Below are positions 28,615 to 39,390 of a DNA stretch of 64,000 bases, one piece after another. The stretch's first letter is position 1, and each line of letters starts with the position of its first letter. The translations under genes and the position numbers were made by a program. The stretch lies in the IMG/VR virus record IMGVR_UViG_3300020576_008020, one strand, 5' to 3'. The DNA is from an uncultured virus (IMG/VR IMGVR_UViG_3300020576_008020). Lineage: Duplodnaviria > Heunggongvirae > Uroviricota > Caudoviricetes. The notes below the pieces were generated by a model, which was given only the letters and a program-made list of their open reading frames with translations, searched no databases and had not been told where the DNA came from.

Positions 28615-29424
28615 TTATTTATCTTTGCGAGTAATTGCATTATTATATTTAGGACCAGCATCATCCAGTATCTTAAAACAAACCTCCAGCGTATCATTAG
28701 CAAAGGGTGGATTAGTAGCCTTGGTCATCCAAAAGATATAATCCAGATTATCTACGGCCTTTTCGCCCTTATGCGACCCAAACTCAATAATGTATTCCCC
28801 TTCTGCATTAAGGCTAAATTTTCCACCTACTACATCGCAGGTTTCTTTATCGTAGTTGGTAAAACGTGCCAGGGATTTCAAATCATTGGGGATTTCCTCG
28901 GCATATTTCTCTATTTGGGCCATAAAAACCTCAAAGCAAGCATTATTATCCGCTTCGGCTCCATGGGCGCCATCCAGTTCTTTACCGCAGTAAAATCTAT
29001 AGGCATTGGAAAGGTCTCTGGGCTCAAATCGCTTAAAAATCACAGAAACGTCTACAATTTCAATATCCTTAAGGTTCCAGACAAACCCAGCTCTCTGGAA
29101 TTCATTGTACAGCATCGGCACATCAAATCGCCGGATATTATAGCCAAAAACAGAAAGTCCGTCAATAAATTCCAGTAACCCGGCAGCAATTTCCCGAAAA
29201 GTAGGGCAATCTACCAAATCTTCGTCTTTTATACCATGCGCTTCAAAAGCCTCGGGACTAATCGGTACCACAGGCCTTAGCCGGCGCGTGCGCGTTTCCT
29301 TTTTCCCATCAGGAAATATCTTACTTACGCTGATTTCAATAATCTGGTCTTTATGCACATCAAGACCTGTTGTTTCCAGGTCGAAAAAGAATATTGGTTT
29401 ATCTAGCTTTAGATTACAATTCAT
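28615..29424 (-). CDS. DnaQ/PolIII-epsilon-like 3'-5' exonuclease
   Basis: FFDLETTG, HGI, GYNIRRFD, AHGAEAD. Confidence 0.9.
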   Translation of the reverse strand: MNCNLKLDKPIFFFDLETTGLDVHKDQIIEISVSKIFPDGKKETRTRRLRPVVPISPEAFEAHGIKDEDLVDCPTFREIAAGLLEFIDGLSVFGYNIRRFDVPMLYNEFQRAGFVWNLKDIEIVDVSVIFKRFEPRDLSNAYRFYCGKELDGAHGAEADNNACFEVFMAQIEKYAEEIPNDLKSLARFTNYDKETCDVVGGKFSLNAEGEYIIEFGSHKGEKAVDNLDYIFWMTKATNPPFANDTLEVCFKILDDAGPKYNNAITRKDK

Positions 29425-29449
29425 AAAATAACTATTGTTTTTTGGGCAT

Positions 29450-29824
29450 TTATGCCTTTTTTTTATCCGCGTTAGTACCAATACCCAATTCTATGGCCAA
29501 CGCCAGAGAACTTATAAATCGGGCCAAGTCCTCATTATTTTTAATTTTTAGCAGCGGAATGTCAACCGCGGCATCTACGCACAAAGCAACATAGGGTTTT
29601 CCGTAAAGCAACCACTTTGCATCCCTTTTCTTTTTCTCATAACTGTAGGAGATTTCCACTATTAGCTGCGGCTCTTTAAGCAATTTCTTTGTGTAAGTAA
29701 CAAATTTGCAGTTATCAAATTTGTTGCCGCTTGGGTCTGACGTAGTAATAGTATTTTCTCTAAACCCTAGCTCAGAAAGTAACTTTTTACGGTTAAAGAC
29801 GGGTGTTTTTTCTGCTTTTTTCAT
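29450..29824 (-). CDS. hypothetical protein
   Basis: 124-aa ORF. Confidence 0.6.
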   Translation of the reverse strand: MKKAEKTPVFNRKKLLSELGFRENTITTSDPSGNKFDNCKFVTYTKKLLKEPQLIVEISYSYEKKKRDAKWLLYGKPYVALCVDAAVDIPLLKIKNNEDLARFISSLALAIELGIGTNADKKKA

Positions 29825-29854
29825 ATCAATGCGTGTAAGTGTAAATAGTGAGTA

Positions 29855-30331
29855 TTAATAGTAGTCGTTATGGTCAAAAGCCGTGGGCTTAGCAACCTCG
29901 TAACCCAATACGTTTAAAGACCGGATAATATCTTCCCACTGCTGGCGCCGCGGCAACAAGTCAGTATTGGCTAGGTAAAATAATGGCGGATTTATAACTC
30001 TCGCCCAATAATTTCCCCTTTTATTATAAAACCACATACTTACACCGGTAAGATAATGCCTTGTTACTTTTTTGCCCCATCTTTTCTTTTCCTCGGTCTT
30101 TATCTTGAAATCAGTTAATACGCAAAGATTGCCAGTGCCAAGAAACAGCTTGCTATCAATTTCCTTAAATACAGCTATTTGCTCTTCAGAAATACGCACT
30201 TTTACGGCCAGGCCAATAAGATACCTCATAAAAATAATTGACGCTTTCCAGAAAGGTTTCCCCTCCATTTCCTTAATTATTTCCACGGATAAAAAGTTAA
30301 TAAAATCCAGTGATTTGTCTGTTTTTTTCAT
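29855..30331 (-). CDS. hypothetical protein
   Basis: 158-aa ORF. Confidence 0.6.
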   Translation of the reverse strand: MKKTDKSLDFINFLSVEIIKEMEGKPFWKASIIFMRYLIGLAVKVRISEEQIAVFKEIDSKLFLGTGNLCVLTDFKIKTEEKKRWGKKVTRHYLTGVSMWFYNKRGNYWARVINPPLFYLANTDLLPRRQQWEDIIRSLNVLGYEVAKPTAFDHNDYY

Positions 30332-31014
30332 TTTAATTCGTTTTCTATTTTATTTTTTCGTTCATTTTCCCCGGATTCAATCAACCACCGAAAGGTTTCC
30401 ATAAACTCCGCTACATGCTTTCGTTCCAAACATAACCCAAACCTTACCATACCCCAAACGTCATTGTACGAAAATCCGGGCACAGGCCAGGAAAGCTGCA
30501 AATTCGTTAATGTTATCTGCAACTCCCTATACTTTTTATCAGGATAACTTTTAACAAGCGTCATGTTGCTGAAGCGATACGGCACATACATGGGCGCACC
30601 CCTGCCATACGGCTCCGTTTTGCTAAAATCCGTAAAAAGAATGGTCTGCTCAGACTCAAGCAACGCAGAAACGTAATCGTAGTCACCGGGCTTATAGTTT
30701 AGAGTCTTTTCCAGCGGGTTCTTTAACTTTTCAATATTTCTTATAGCAATATTCCCATAATACCCCATTTCCACGTTAATGATTGTATCACCATCGCACA
30801 CCTCCGTTTTCTTGTACCTGTCAACCAATGTTTTTATAAATGGCCAAATAAAAGCCATTGCGCCATCGCCACATTTATTTTTATCTTCAAATATCTGAAT
30901 CAGCGTTTCTTTTTCCTTGCTATCAAAAGCCGAAGAATACTGAATCATTTCCCTTACAGTAAAATATGAAGTATTATTTGAGGTATTTCCGGCATTTTCC
31001 TGAGTATAATCCAT
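30328..31014 (-). CDS. hypothetical protein
   Basis: 228-aa ORF downstream of sigma54 site. Confidence 0.7.
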   Translation of the reverse strand: MDYTQENAGNTSNNTSYFTVREMIQYSSAFDSKEKETLIQIFEDKNKCGDGAMAFIWPFIKTLVDRYKKTEVCDGDTIINVEMGYYGNIAIRNIEKLKNPLEKTLNYKPGDYDYVSALLESEQTILFTDFSKTEPYGRGAPMYVPYRFSNMTLVKSYPDKKYRELQITLTNLQLSWPVPGFSYNDVWGMVRFGLCLERKHVAEFMETFRWLIESGENERKNKIENELK

Positions 31015-31042
31015 AAAAAACTTGCTTTTTAAATAAACCAGT

Positions 31043-31057
31043 GCAATAAGCGTGCCA
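31043..31057 (-). promoter_or_regulatory. sigma54-type promoter
   Basis: TGGCACG-CTTA-TTGC. Confidence 0.8.
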
Positions 31058-31068
31058 GATTATAGCAA

Positions 31069-31818
31069 TTATGCCCAATCGCGGTCAAAATCAAATATCC
31101 GGTCTTTATTGGCCTGATAAAATGCTTCAGCAAAGCCGGCAGGCGTATTACTACGCATCTCCTTTGTCTTTGCGCCCTTTCCGCCATACCTCATCATAAC
31201 AGAACCAAAAGGACTGCCTTTTACCGGCTCTATGCGCTTTTTTTCAGGACTATTGAATTGCCCCCACAGGCAGGTTTTCTTGGTATACGTATTTGTGGAA
31301 ATAATAAAATCAGCCTCCTCCTTGGTAATATTATGGCCGTTTTTGGCGCGAATCTGGTCCAGACGCCGTAAATCCGCATCGGAAATATTATTGTACCCGG
31401 CATAATCGCATGGGTCAAAATATAGCGACGGCTTGCCTAAATTAGTAACAGAGGCAACACGCCCAACCGGATTTTCAGCGGCCCAGAAGAAAACATCATC
31501 ATAATCCGGGTCTGTAGGTTTGTATAAGCACACCAATCGCTGTACCTGGTTAACCAGCTCAACAGCATCTTTTAATAACTTGGGATTTTTTGCAGACCAG
31601 TGTTTTGCGCCGCTTACAGCAAATTCAGTGCATGGGAAAGCGGCAATTATAGCGTCTACATTGTCAAACAAATCAATAGCAGTTTCCGCGCTGCCCACCA
31701 GGTTAAGGTCCATAAATTCCGAAAATTTAATGTCCCACTGAATTATATTCCAGCGATTTTCGGCAAAAGGAGCACTCCAGGTGCCACTATAGTCAAAAAG
31801 AGAAAGTAATGTTTTCAT
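31069..31818 (-). CDS. phage-type DNA cytosine methyltransferase
   Basis: LLSLFDYSG, FPCTEFAVSGA, ENPVGR, YTKKTCLWG, RSNTP.GFA. Confidence 0.8.
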   Translation of the reverse strand: MKTLLSLFDYSGTWSAPFAENRWNIIQWDIKFSEFMDLNLVGSAETAIDLFDNVDAIIAAFPCTEFAVSGAKHWSAKNPKLLKDAVELVNQVQRLVCLYKPTDPDYDDVFFWAAENPVGRVASVTNLGKPSLYFDPCDYAGYNNISDADLRRLDQIRAKNGHNITKEEADFIISTNTYTKKTCLWGQFNSPEKKRIEPVKGSPFGSVMMRYGGKGAKTKEMRSNTPAGFAEAFYQANKDRIFDFDRDWA

Positions 31819-32553
31819 CGAATTACGGATTTTCCGTACTTTTCTATTGTCTCTGGCATTATTATGCCATAATGGATAATGTCATGCAGATGTAGAATAA
31901 AAATGGAGTATTCATCAATACTGTAAAACCTTGATTTGTCGTTTATTTTCTCAATTATTGACCATCTTGTAGAATTATCAAATCTACCATTTTCCTCAAA
32001 AATGATAAACCCATTAAAAGAAAATTTTTTGTGGGAATAATCATCGCGCTTTTCTACAGTCCACTTGATATTTTTAAAAAACTCCTTAGCCTCAAAGTAT
32101 TTTGGCTCATGGTAGCCAAACAACCAGCTAAGTATTATTTTCTTTATCATAAATCTTAGTTAGATACCTTTAAAATCAGCTTCGCTGGTAGACTCAATAT
32201 CTACTTTAGCCTTATTTAGCCACACCATCCAGAAAAACGACATTGGAATTACTATGACTATAAGTAGGGACGACATAAAGAAAAAGCCCCACGCATGCAA
32301 AAACATTGCCGCGGTAATCAACAAAGCAAGACCTATTGCAATAAACAGGTTTATAAAAAACAGGAATATCCATCTCCTGATTTTGTATTCGCGAATTAAA
32401 TTCTCATTCATCTTCATGCTTATTTTCTTTTTTAAATAAAATATCAATAATATCGGGGACAATATGAAACATTGTTCTGAAAAGGACACCTAACAGCAGT
32501 CCGCTTAAGCCATACAAAAAAGCATCAGGACTAAATATTAAACGCATATTTCC

Positions 32554-33267
32554 TTACTTTTTTTTCTTTTTTGCCACAGAAACTACGCTCTTGCGCTTGT
32601 CACTTTTTGCTGCCGCACTTTTACCTTTTTTTATAGCGGTTACCGCCTTTGCCGCGGTCGCTTTTTTTGCTTTGGGCTTAATCTTGCTTTTTGCCGCGGT
32701 CGCAGATTTTCCTGTAGTTTTTTTACGGGCAATTGCTTTTTTTGTACCGGAGGAAGAAATAACCACATCTGAACCACCGGCAGGCGACAATACCCTTTTT
32801 TTCCGGGGAGCGTTCTTTTTCCTGTTCCTGGTAAAGTTGGCCACCGTGGGCTTAGACAACCAGTTGTACGACTGGGTTTCTTCGTTCCATTGATTAATAT
32901 AAGCCCCGTTGATGTTATTAAGGCATTTGGTATCGTTGCGGGCTTCCGTAACCAACCGCTCTTCAAGCACCAACAGATTATAATCTGTATCGCCAGGGGA
33001 CGACAATACCTCTACTCTAAATTGCCGCTTTGTATTCCTGGCAAAGTAGTTAAAAAAGTGCAGGTATAAGTTATCCGGCTTTCTCTGGGCCTCGGAGCCC
33101 TTCATGAATTGATTCAGGGAATTCTGTATCATTTTCAGGCTGCCGGAGCAATTCTTGGCCTTTACAAATATATACTTGGTGCCGTACCATAGCTTATAGA
33201 CGCAGGAGCCCACGGAATACAGAATACCGGGAAACTCTATTTTATATCTTACTGGGGGACGTGGCAT
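32554..33267 (-). CDS. hypothetical protein with possible GIY-YIG-like N-domain and Lys/Ala-rich tail
   Basis: CVYKLWYG.KYI...LLVLEE....CLNN; C-terminal K/A low-complexity segment. Confidence 0.55.
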   Translation of the reverse strand: MPRPPVRYKIEFPGILYSVGSCVYKLWYGTKYIFVKAKNCSGSLKMIQNSLNQFMKGSEAQRKPDNLYLHFFNYFARNTKRQFRVEVLSSPGDTDYNLLVLEERLVTEARNDTKCLNNINGAYINQWNEETQSYNWLSKPTVANFTRNRKKNAPRKKRVLSPAGGSDVVISSSGTKKAIARKKTTGKSATAAKSKIKPKAKKATAAKAVTAIKKGKSAAAKSDKRKSVVSVAKKKKK

Positions 33268-33541
33268 AATGTGTGTGTTTATGTGTGTATTTTAGTTGTT
33301 TTTCGCGTTACTGTCTTTTATGATTGTATAGTATGGATGAATCAGGCCTTTATCCCGAAGCTCTTTGTACATATCCTGCTCCGTTTTTCCATAGAAAATA
33401 AGCACATTCCGGTCTTCCAGGCCTATTTCTTTCAAATTAAATGAAATAGGACGACCCGCTTTAATGTTTTCAATATTAGCATCACTCAGACCCAATATTA
33501 TGTTTTTACCGGCTATAGCTTTTAGCATGACTGATTGTTAT

Positions 33542-34042
33542 TTATGCCGCCTGAGCAAGCCTTTCATTACACTCGGCAGCGGTTACCAATTTGTGTTCCA
33601 GCAAATATACAAGCATTATCGCTCTTGCCTCCACCTCGCTAAAGTTGCTAACAGAGCAAACCAGATGAATTTTTTTGTTATCAACCCCTTGCTGCATGTA
33701 GGAAATATTCTTGATATTATTATCCATAGGCTCCTCAACACGGCAAACTTTTACGTTGCTATCGGTATTGGGAAAAATAAAGAAATCCGGAAGCAAAATT
33801 CCCAGCTCTGTGCCGGAAAATGCGGAGTAATACGGTTCTCTAAAATCGCTTATGTCTGGAAAATCCAGTGACTTTACACCGCATTTAAAAAAATCATCCC
33901 CTTCTGTGTGTTTGTTGTATAGGGAAATTTGCTGTTTGCCAAGGTAAATAGTATTCCAATACCATGTGCTTTTCTGTTCTACTCCCAGCTCTTTAAGCCT
34001 TTTGGCCAGCGGCAAGCTACAAACTTGTTTTTCAATATTCAT
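33542..34042 (-). CDS. hypothetical phage protein, paralog of 20303-20725
   Basis: MNIEKQVCSLPLAKRLKELGV...EVEARAIMLVYLL. Confidence 0.7.
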   Translation of the reverse strand: MNIEKQVCSLPLAKRLKELGVEQKSTWYWNTIYLGKQQISLYNKHTEGDDFFKCGVKSLDFPDISDFREPYYSAFSGTELGILLPDFFIFPNTDSNVKVCRVEEPMDNNIKNISYMQQGVDNKKIHLVCSVSNFSEVEARAIMLVYLLEHKLVTAAECNERLAQAA

Positions 34043-34080
34043 AATAATATCTATATTAATGTTTATGCCGTTTTTTCGTT

Positions 34081-34359
34081 TTACCCGTTACCCTCTTCAA
34101 ATTCCCAGTCATGCACCAGCAGGGTTATTCCGTGTCCGCGGCATCCGGTCTGGTAGTCAAAGTTGTCGCAATCGCCAATAGGTAACACTCTTTTACCTTC
34201 AAAATCAGCTTCCTGTAGGTATGCCCTGAGTTGATTGTTAGTCATCGACGTTCCATCGTCATTATTTGCAAACGAGGGTTTATTGTTTTTGGGAACTTGC
34301 CTCAATGCGCCTTTAATGCTAAGATTCATATGGCGTATGTCTACTTTTCTAAAAATCAT
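34081..34359 (-). CDS. conserved phage protein
   Basis: CDNFDYQTGCRGH motif. Confidence 0.65.
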   Translation of the reverse strand: MIFRKVDIRHMNLSIKGALRQVPKNNKPSFANNDDGTSMTNNQLRAYLQEADFEGKRVLPIGDCDNFDYQTGCRGHGITLLVHDWEFEEGNG

Positions 34360-34380
34360 CTGCTCCTGCTTAAAATAAAA

Positions 34381-34944
34381 TCAATAAATCAAATCCGTAT
34401 TATCCCAGATAAGCATTTGCCCGGAAAATGGCAGCTTATTGCTATCAAACCAACTAGCAAATTCGTCTTTTTCCAGACCATCATTCATGGCCAGGTAATC
34501 ACATTGCGTTATCTGATTGTAATAATCGCCATTTATGTTTATAAACCCGAGCTTGTCTATTTCAATATCAAGCACCCGCTCTATAGTCATATCTTTGGCT
34601 ATAATAATCTGCTTGCTGGCATAAGGCCTGCCCGACCAAACTCTGGGCGAAAACTTGTCGCCAACCTTCCAGCGCTTGCCCTTACGGATAGTATGTTTTT
34701 TGGGCATTATGTCCGGATTAACGCCGTAATTTGCCAATATGGACTTGCGAAAATCAGATAAAAGCAGATAATCGTTTAAATGCGCGTTCAAATCATTAAT
34801 ATCTGCCATCATAGGCTGATAAAATGTTTTATTAAGCGCAGAAACAGCAAAAGACTTCCATATTTTTTCAACAAAAAAAGTAGGCTGCCCTTTTTTAGGG
34901 TGATGCGCGGGAAAGTACCGGCTAAATGTAATTGCTCTGGCCAT
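34381..34944 (-). CDS. conserved phage protein, possibly ASCH-like
   Basis: FSRYFP..HP..GQPT.F.EKI, KKHTIR..RWKVGD, WSGRPY.SKQ, LA.NDGL. Confidence 0.65.
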   Translation of the reverse strand: MARAITFSRYFPAHHPKKGQPTFFVEKIWKSFAVSALNKTFYQPMMADINDLNAHLNDYLLLSDFRKSILANYGVNPDIMPKKHTIRKGKRWKVGDKFSPRVWSGRPYASKQIIIAKDMTIERVLDIEIDKLGFININGDYYNQITQCDYLAMNDGLEKDEFASWFDSNKLPFSGQMLIWDNTDLIY

Positions 34945-34957
34945 ATAAAATAATAAC

Positions 34958-34972
34958 GCAAATCCCGTGCCA
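34958..34972 (-). promoter_or_regulatory. sigma54-type promoter
   Basis: TGGCACG-GGAT-TTGC. Confidence 0.8.
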
Positions 34973-34980
34973 AACTGTAA

Positions 34981-35463
34981 TTATTCTGCTTCTATGGCAA
35001 AATCCGCATCAATAAGCGACGGATATTCACCATAACCACAGTCATATCCCAGCCTGCGCAATAAATCCAGCGCAGGAGTGACAACATCAAAATAAACCTG
35101 GCGATACCTATTTCTACAAAATAACCGGCCATGCAACGCATAATTAAAATCATCAGACACACCTTTATGCCCCCTAAGCAGCAACCGACCCAATTGCTCG
35201 GCATGCTCATCAGTCATCTTAGCAAATCGCCTAAGAATGAGCCTTATATCCTTCCAGTCTGTGTGGCTCTCGCACGAAAACTCCGGGTTGGTGCCACCGG
35301 ACCAATCGCCGTACAATACAGGGCGCATGGGATTCATGTCATCTTTCAGCATTTTTACGCCCATATAGCGAAATGGGGCACGGTCGGCAGGGTGATATAC
35401 ACCGCAATTAGAATAGGCATCAAAAATCAGCCTCTTTTCCTGGTTAGGAATATTTACGTTCAT
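34981..35463 (-). CDS. hypothetical protein
   Basis: 160-aa ORF. Confidence 0.65.
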   Translation of the reverse strand: MNVNIPNQEKRLIFDAYSNCGVYHPADRAPFRYMGVKMLKDDMNPMRPVLYGDWSGGTNPEFSCESHTDWKDIRLILRRFAKMTDEHAEQLGRLLLRGHKGVSDDFNYALHGRLFCRNRYRQVYFDVVTPALDLLRRLGYDCGYGEYPSLIDADFAIEAE

Positions 35464-35987
35464 ATTTTATAATTGTCTTTGTTTTTATTTAATACAGCTT
35501 TTTTTGCAGGAAAAAATTTAGGTCTGGAGCTATCGCTTTTCAGGCTTTCGTTTATTATTGAAATGTGCGTTCTGCTCAAATATGTAAATACATCGCGCAG
35601 GGAAGCATTTTCCGAATAACCAATTTCTTGCTTTGCTTTTTTAAGAAAATTCTTTAGCTCTTTGTTTGATGACACAAATGGTTTGCTGAACATTTTTGCT
35701 GCAACATCAGCATTGTGCAATATAAATTGCCTTTTCCTTTCTTCGTATTTATAAATAAAAGGCCCCGGCTTTTTTGCCTCAACAATAAAATAACGACTAA
35801 CGGCGCGCCAGTCTTTTTCATGATTTCCAAAATCAGCATACCAGGCAACAATGTTTGTATTTTCTATCTGCCGCAGACTGCATGCATATTTTGGCTTAGC
35901 CTTTTTTATTTCAGGAATTTCCGCATAATCTTTCGGAGCCGGAATTGTATTTAATTCCTTAACCGTTTTTACGATTTTATATTGCAT
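35460..35987 (-). CDS. hypothetical protein
   Basis: 175-aa ORF. Confidence 0.6.
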   Translation of the reverse strand: MQYKIVKTVKELNTIPAPKDYAEIPEIKKAKPKYACSLRQIENTNIVAWYADFGNHEKDWRAVSRYFIVEAKKPGPFIYKYEERKRQFILHNADVAAKMFSKPFVSSNKELKNFLKKAKQEIGYSENASLRDVFTYLSRTHISIINESLKSDSSRPKFFPAKKAVLNKNKDNYKI

Positions 35988-37125
35988 AGCTATTTGCCTT
36001 TTGTGTCTAAATTTTTACCCTCATCTTCCTCTTCATTATAAAATTCAGCCAACAACTCTGATTGCTCGTATTCTTTCAGGTATTTACTAAATAAAAAATC
36101 AATAAAATCCTGACTTCTGTTAGCCACCAATTTCCAGTAATTATAATCCCGGCCTGATTCCATTTTTAATAAAAAAATTTATGTATCAATTTTCAATTAG
36201 GCCTCGCTCCTTTAGGTCCTCCTGTAAATTTTTATTCCATTTTGCCGATAGCTTATTCACAATCCGACTATGGCAGTACATCACGGTATATCCATCGCGA
36301 TATGCCTGAGCCAATTCAGCTACAACCATCTCCGCTTCGGCAGCATATGCTACAATATATTTTAGCTTTGCTGTAGATGATAAATTATTAAACCCAGGTA
36401 TAGCCGCAGCGGCCATTTTTTCGGCTATCTCGTTAACTTTTTTTCTGTAGGTCATGATTTCTCAATGGTTTGTTATTTTACATTTAAATTTTTTGGAGAT
36501 AGCTATGCCGGCATTAATTCATCAATAATGTCCATTATTCTTCTTTCTTTTTAAGTTTAGACAGGTCATAATATTTTTGAAACTCCGGATTTTTAATAAA
36601 CGTTTGAAAAGCCATATCACGAATAAGGTCTTCCTTGTCTTTTGGCACATCCAGATGGCAGGACAAAAGAACGCAGCACCTAAGTTCAATCATGTTTTTA
36701 TACACACAGCCCTGCTCCACCGCTAATTGCTTAAAATCATAGGCAAATTCATACTTTACCGGATACTGGTGTCGGGTCATTATGTTTTGGGGGCTTTCTT
36801 CTACTGCGGAATCTTGATTCATTGTATTATTTATAATTGTCTGCCAGGATATTTTATAAACTTACTTTTTCAGCAATTTTTCATCCTCAATAACAATTTT
36901 AAAACAGCGCTCGTCATTTTCTCCGGTTATACTAAGAGTATTGTAGCCTTCTTTTATTTTTGCAATAGCCCATACAAGCACGGCATTAATAAATTCCTCT
37001 TCCGGCACCACCACCCTGTCGGATGACATTACATGCGGTGTTTTTGTTGTTTTTCCAATATAAACTTTTCCACCTAATCCGGAAACCATCAATTTATAAT
37101 TTTTTGCTGCCATAGTTTTTTCTTT

Positions 37126-37473
37126 TTATGTTATTGCTTTGTGCTTAGTAAAAATTAAATTAGTGTGCTCTTTGTCAATTAAAATATTGGCGCCATAATC
37201 CTGAGTAAACTTGTAATAATGCCCACCAACCTTTCCAAAATATTTTACTGGCCGCCGGAGATATTCGTAGTTACCATCTTCGCTAAATAAATCAGGAAGA
37301 CAATTATGCGTCTCCCGGTATTCAATACTTTCTTTTGCTGCCTCATATTCTTCCTGCATTTGCTGAAACGCCTCTTTATTTCCACCTTTATCCGGATGCA
37401 GCAGCTTACAAATAGCCCGGTATTTATCCTGCAACTCTTCTGCCGTATAACAAAACCCAAAGTACCCTTCCAT
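37126..37473 (-). CDS. small J-domain-like protein
   Basis: ELQDKYRAICKLLHPDKGG...FQQM..EYE (HPD motif). Confidence 0.75.
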   Translation of the reverse strand: MEGYFGFCYTAEELQDKYRAICKLLHPDKGGNKEAFQQMQEEYEAAKESIEYRETHNCLPDLFSEDGNYEYLRRPVKYFGKVGGHYYKFTQDYGANILIDKEHTNLIFTKHKAIT

Positions 37474-37489
37474 TTTTTTCTTACACCAA

Positions 37490-37936
37490 CTACTCAATTG
37501 TTTTAAGGTACTCAAAATATTCTTTTTCAGTCGCCGGCAACAGCATAGAAATTTCGGTAGACCAAAATTGTCCCTTTTTGAATCGTACCATATCTTTTTG
37601 TTGAACCCATTGGATAAGTATTTGCTTGCCTTCTTTTGCAATTCTCTCCGGCTTAATAACGGTATCGCCATCAGAGTATTTATAAAAGATTCCCATCAAA
37701 AATTTGATGTCCCTGTTTTCATACCATGGCATAATCCTAAAAATCGCCGGATATTTTTCTATGTCTATCCTGAGCTTATCGTAATCATCACCCCATACAG
37801 CAACCTCTCCGGTAGGTCCATATTCTACAGCAGTCAATATGCGGCCTATCTGGTCTTCGGTTCTTGGCGGGTAATTAACCATCACCATGCATCTGGGCCG
37901 CATTAATTCTTGCACAACATCAATGTTTGTATCCAC
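37490..37936 (-). CDS. hypothetical protein
   Basis: 148-aa ORF. Confidence 0.65.
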   Translation of the reverse strand: MDTNIDVVQELMRPRCMVMVNYPPRTEDQIGRILTAVEYGPTGEVAVWGDDYDKLRIDIEKYPAIFRIMPWYENRDIKFLMGIFYKYSDGDTVIKPERIAKEGKQILIQWVQQKDMVRFKKGQFWSTEISMLLPATEKEYFEYLKTIE

Positions 37937-37963
37937 AGCATATTTTTTTTTAAAATTAAAACG

Positions 37964-38488
37964 TTAGCAACCAAGCTCTTTCATAAGCTCATACATACCA
38001 TTAGGCTTGCCGGTTTTTACCTGCTCCTCCAAAAGCTCTGTAAGCTTTTCCCAGTTATCTACCAGCTTTTCCCATACCGGGCTTACTTTTTTCATTTCTG
38101 GCAAGCGGTCTCTAAATTCAGGAATTGCACACAACAAATCATGACATCGTTTAAAATCAGACGGGTCGGCTGGAGGCATCAAATCATTATCTATATGAGG
38201 AATTTTTCTTCCGTCAAAGACATCAAACATAGCAATACTACTACGACCCTTATTGCCATTTTCCATCCACCATTTCATTTTGCGTTCAACGGAAGAAAAT
38301 TGCTTTGTTTCTTCTGGCGACGGCTCTTCCCAGGTCTTCGGACATTTTTTGTGACGTTTGGAAAAATCAAGCATAATACTTGCGGCATCTGTAGCACGCA
38401 TAGGCAATTTCATTTTATGCGAGTCTCCGCAATGGAAACAAAATAAATCGCCGTTCCTAAACCCGGTATGCTCTTCTTGTCTTGCCAT
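37964..38488 (-). CDS. conserved phage protein
   Basis: CFHCG, G.SS.AM, PADPSDF.RC..LL..IPE. Confidence 0.7.
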   Translation of the reverse strand: MARQEEHTGFRNGDLFCFHCGDSHKMKLPMRATDAASIMLDFSKRHKKCPKTWEEPSPEETKQFSSVERKMKWWMENGNKGRSSIAMFDVFDGRKIPHIDNDLMPPADPSDFKRCHDLLCAIPEFRDRLPEMKKVSPVWEKLVDNWEKLTELLEEQVKTGKPNGMYELMKELGC

Positions 38489-38851
38489 AGTATTGCTTTA
38501 CGCTTTTATAATTATTATTAAGGTGCTTTCATTGTTTCTACCGGCAAATCCCATTTGCCAAGATAAATTACTGCATCAGACGAATCTTCTTTGTTCCAGC
38601 ATTTTATTATATCTACGCCAGACCAGGCCAGATTTTTCTGCACAAGCTGCAAATACTTATAACTTTTTGGGCTGGGTACCGATGGAGTCAAAAGTGCAGC
38701 ACTCTCCCTATTGTACGGCATCAATATTTTGTCAAAAAAAACCGGTATTTCTCCATCGTGCTCGGGTGGGCATTCGTAATAAGCTCCAGTATTCATATTC
38801 ATAACATGCGTGTTTGTATTTGTATAAACAGTACTTTTTTATTGTATTAAA

Positions 38852-38866
38852 GCAACAACCGTGCCA
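38852..38866 (-). promoter_or_regulatory. sigma54-type promoter
   Basis: TGGCACG-GTTG-TTGC. Confidence 0.8.
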
Positions 38867-38930
38867 AATTTTATTCATCCAAATATTTATTAGCGCTTTT
38901 TTTGGCACATTATCTATCATTTTGCCAAAC

Positions 38931-39363
38931 TTTTGCCGCGGCAAAATGCGCAACATCAATTCACAGATAAAACTTCAATCACTGCACTTTGTGTACATTT
39001 TTTTGATTTACGATTACCTGCTACCCATTTTACCGCACACTTGCTGCATATTTTGCCGCGGCAAAATATGCAGCTCAATTACCCTTTTTTAAACCACACT
39101 ACCGGGTATCCAGTAAAAAACAAGCCTTTGAGGGGAAACAAAAGCAAAACAGATAGCTTGCATACAGCATTTTGTTACGCACTTGCTGTATATTTTGCTG
39201 CGGCAAAATATGCGGCTTTTATGGTCAATATTACCCCTCACTCTCCCCTACATGTAAATAATATCGCAAACATTTTACCGGGAATCCCGGTAAAAAAGAC
39301 CAGCATTTCAATATCAGTTGCGCACTTTATTACACTCTTGTTGCACATTTTGCCGCGGCAAAA
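38931..39363. repeat. cluster of 16-bp palindromes TTTTGC(C/T)GCGGCAAAA, candidate origin or centromere sites
   Basis: copies at 38931, 39051, 39193, 39348; the 39051 copy extends to a perfect 32-bp palindrome (39043-39074). Confidence 0.9.
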
Positions 39364-39390
39364 TACACAGCAAATAACCTCTATGGCATA

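Noticed and set aside
32646..32702. TTTGCCGCGGTCG x2 resembling the 16-bp palindrome
   Set aside because: Half matches explained by the repeated ATAAK peptide in the basic tail
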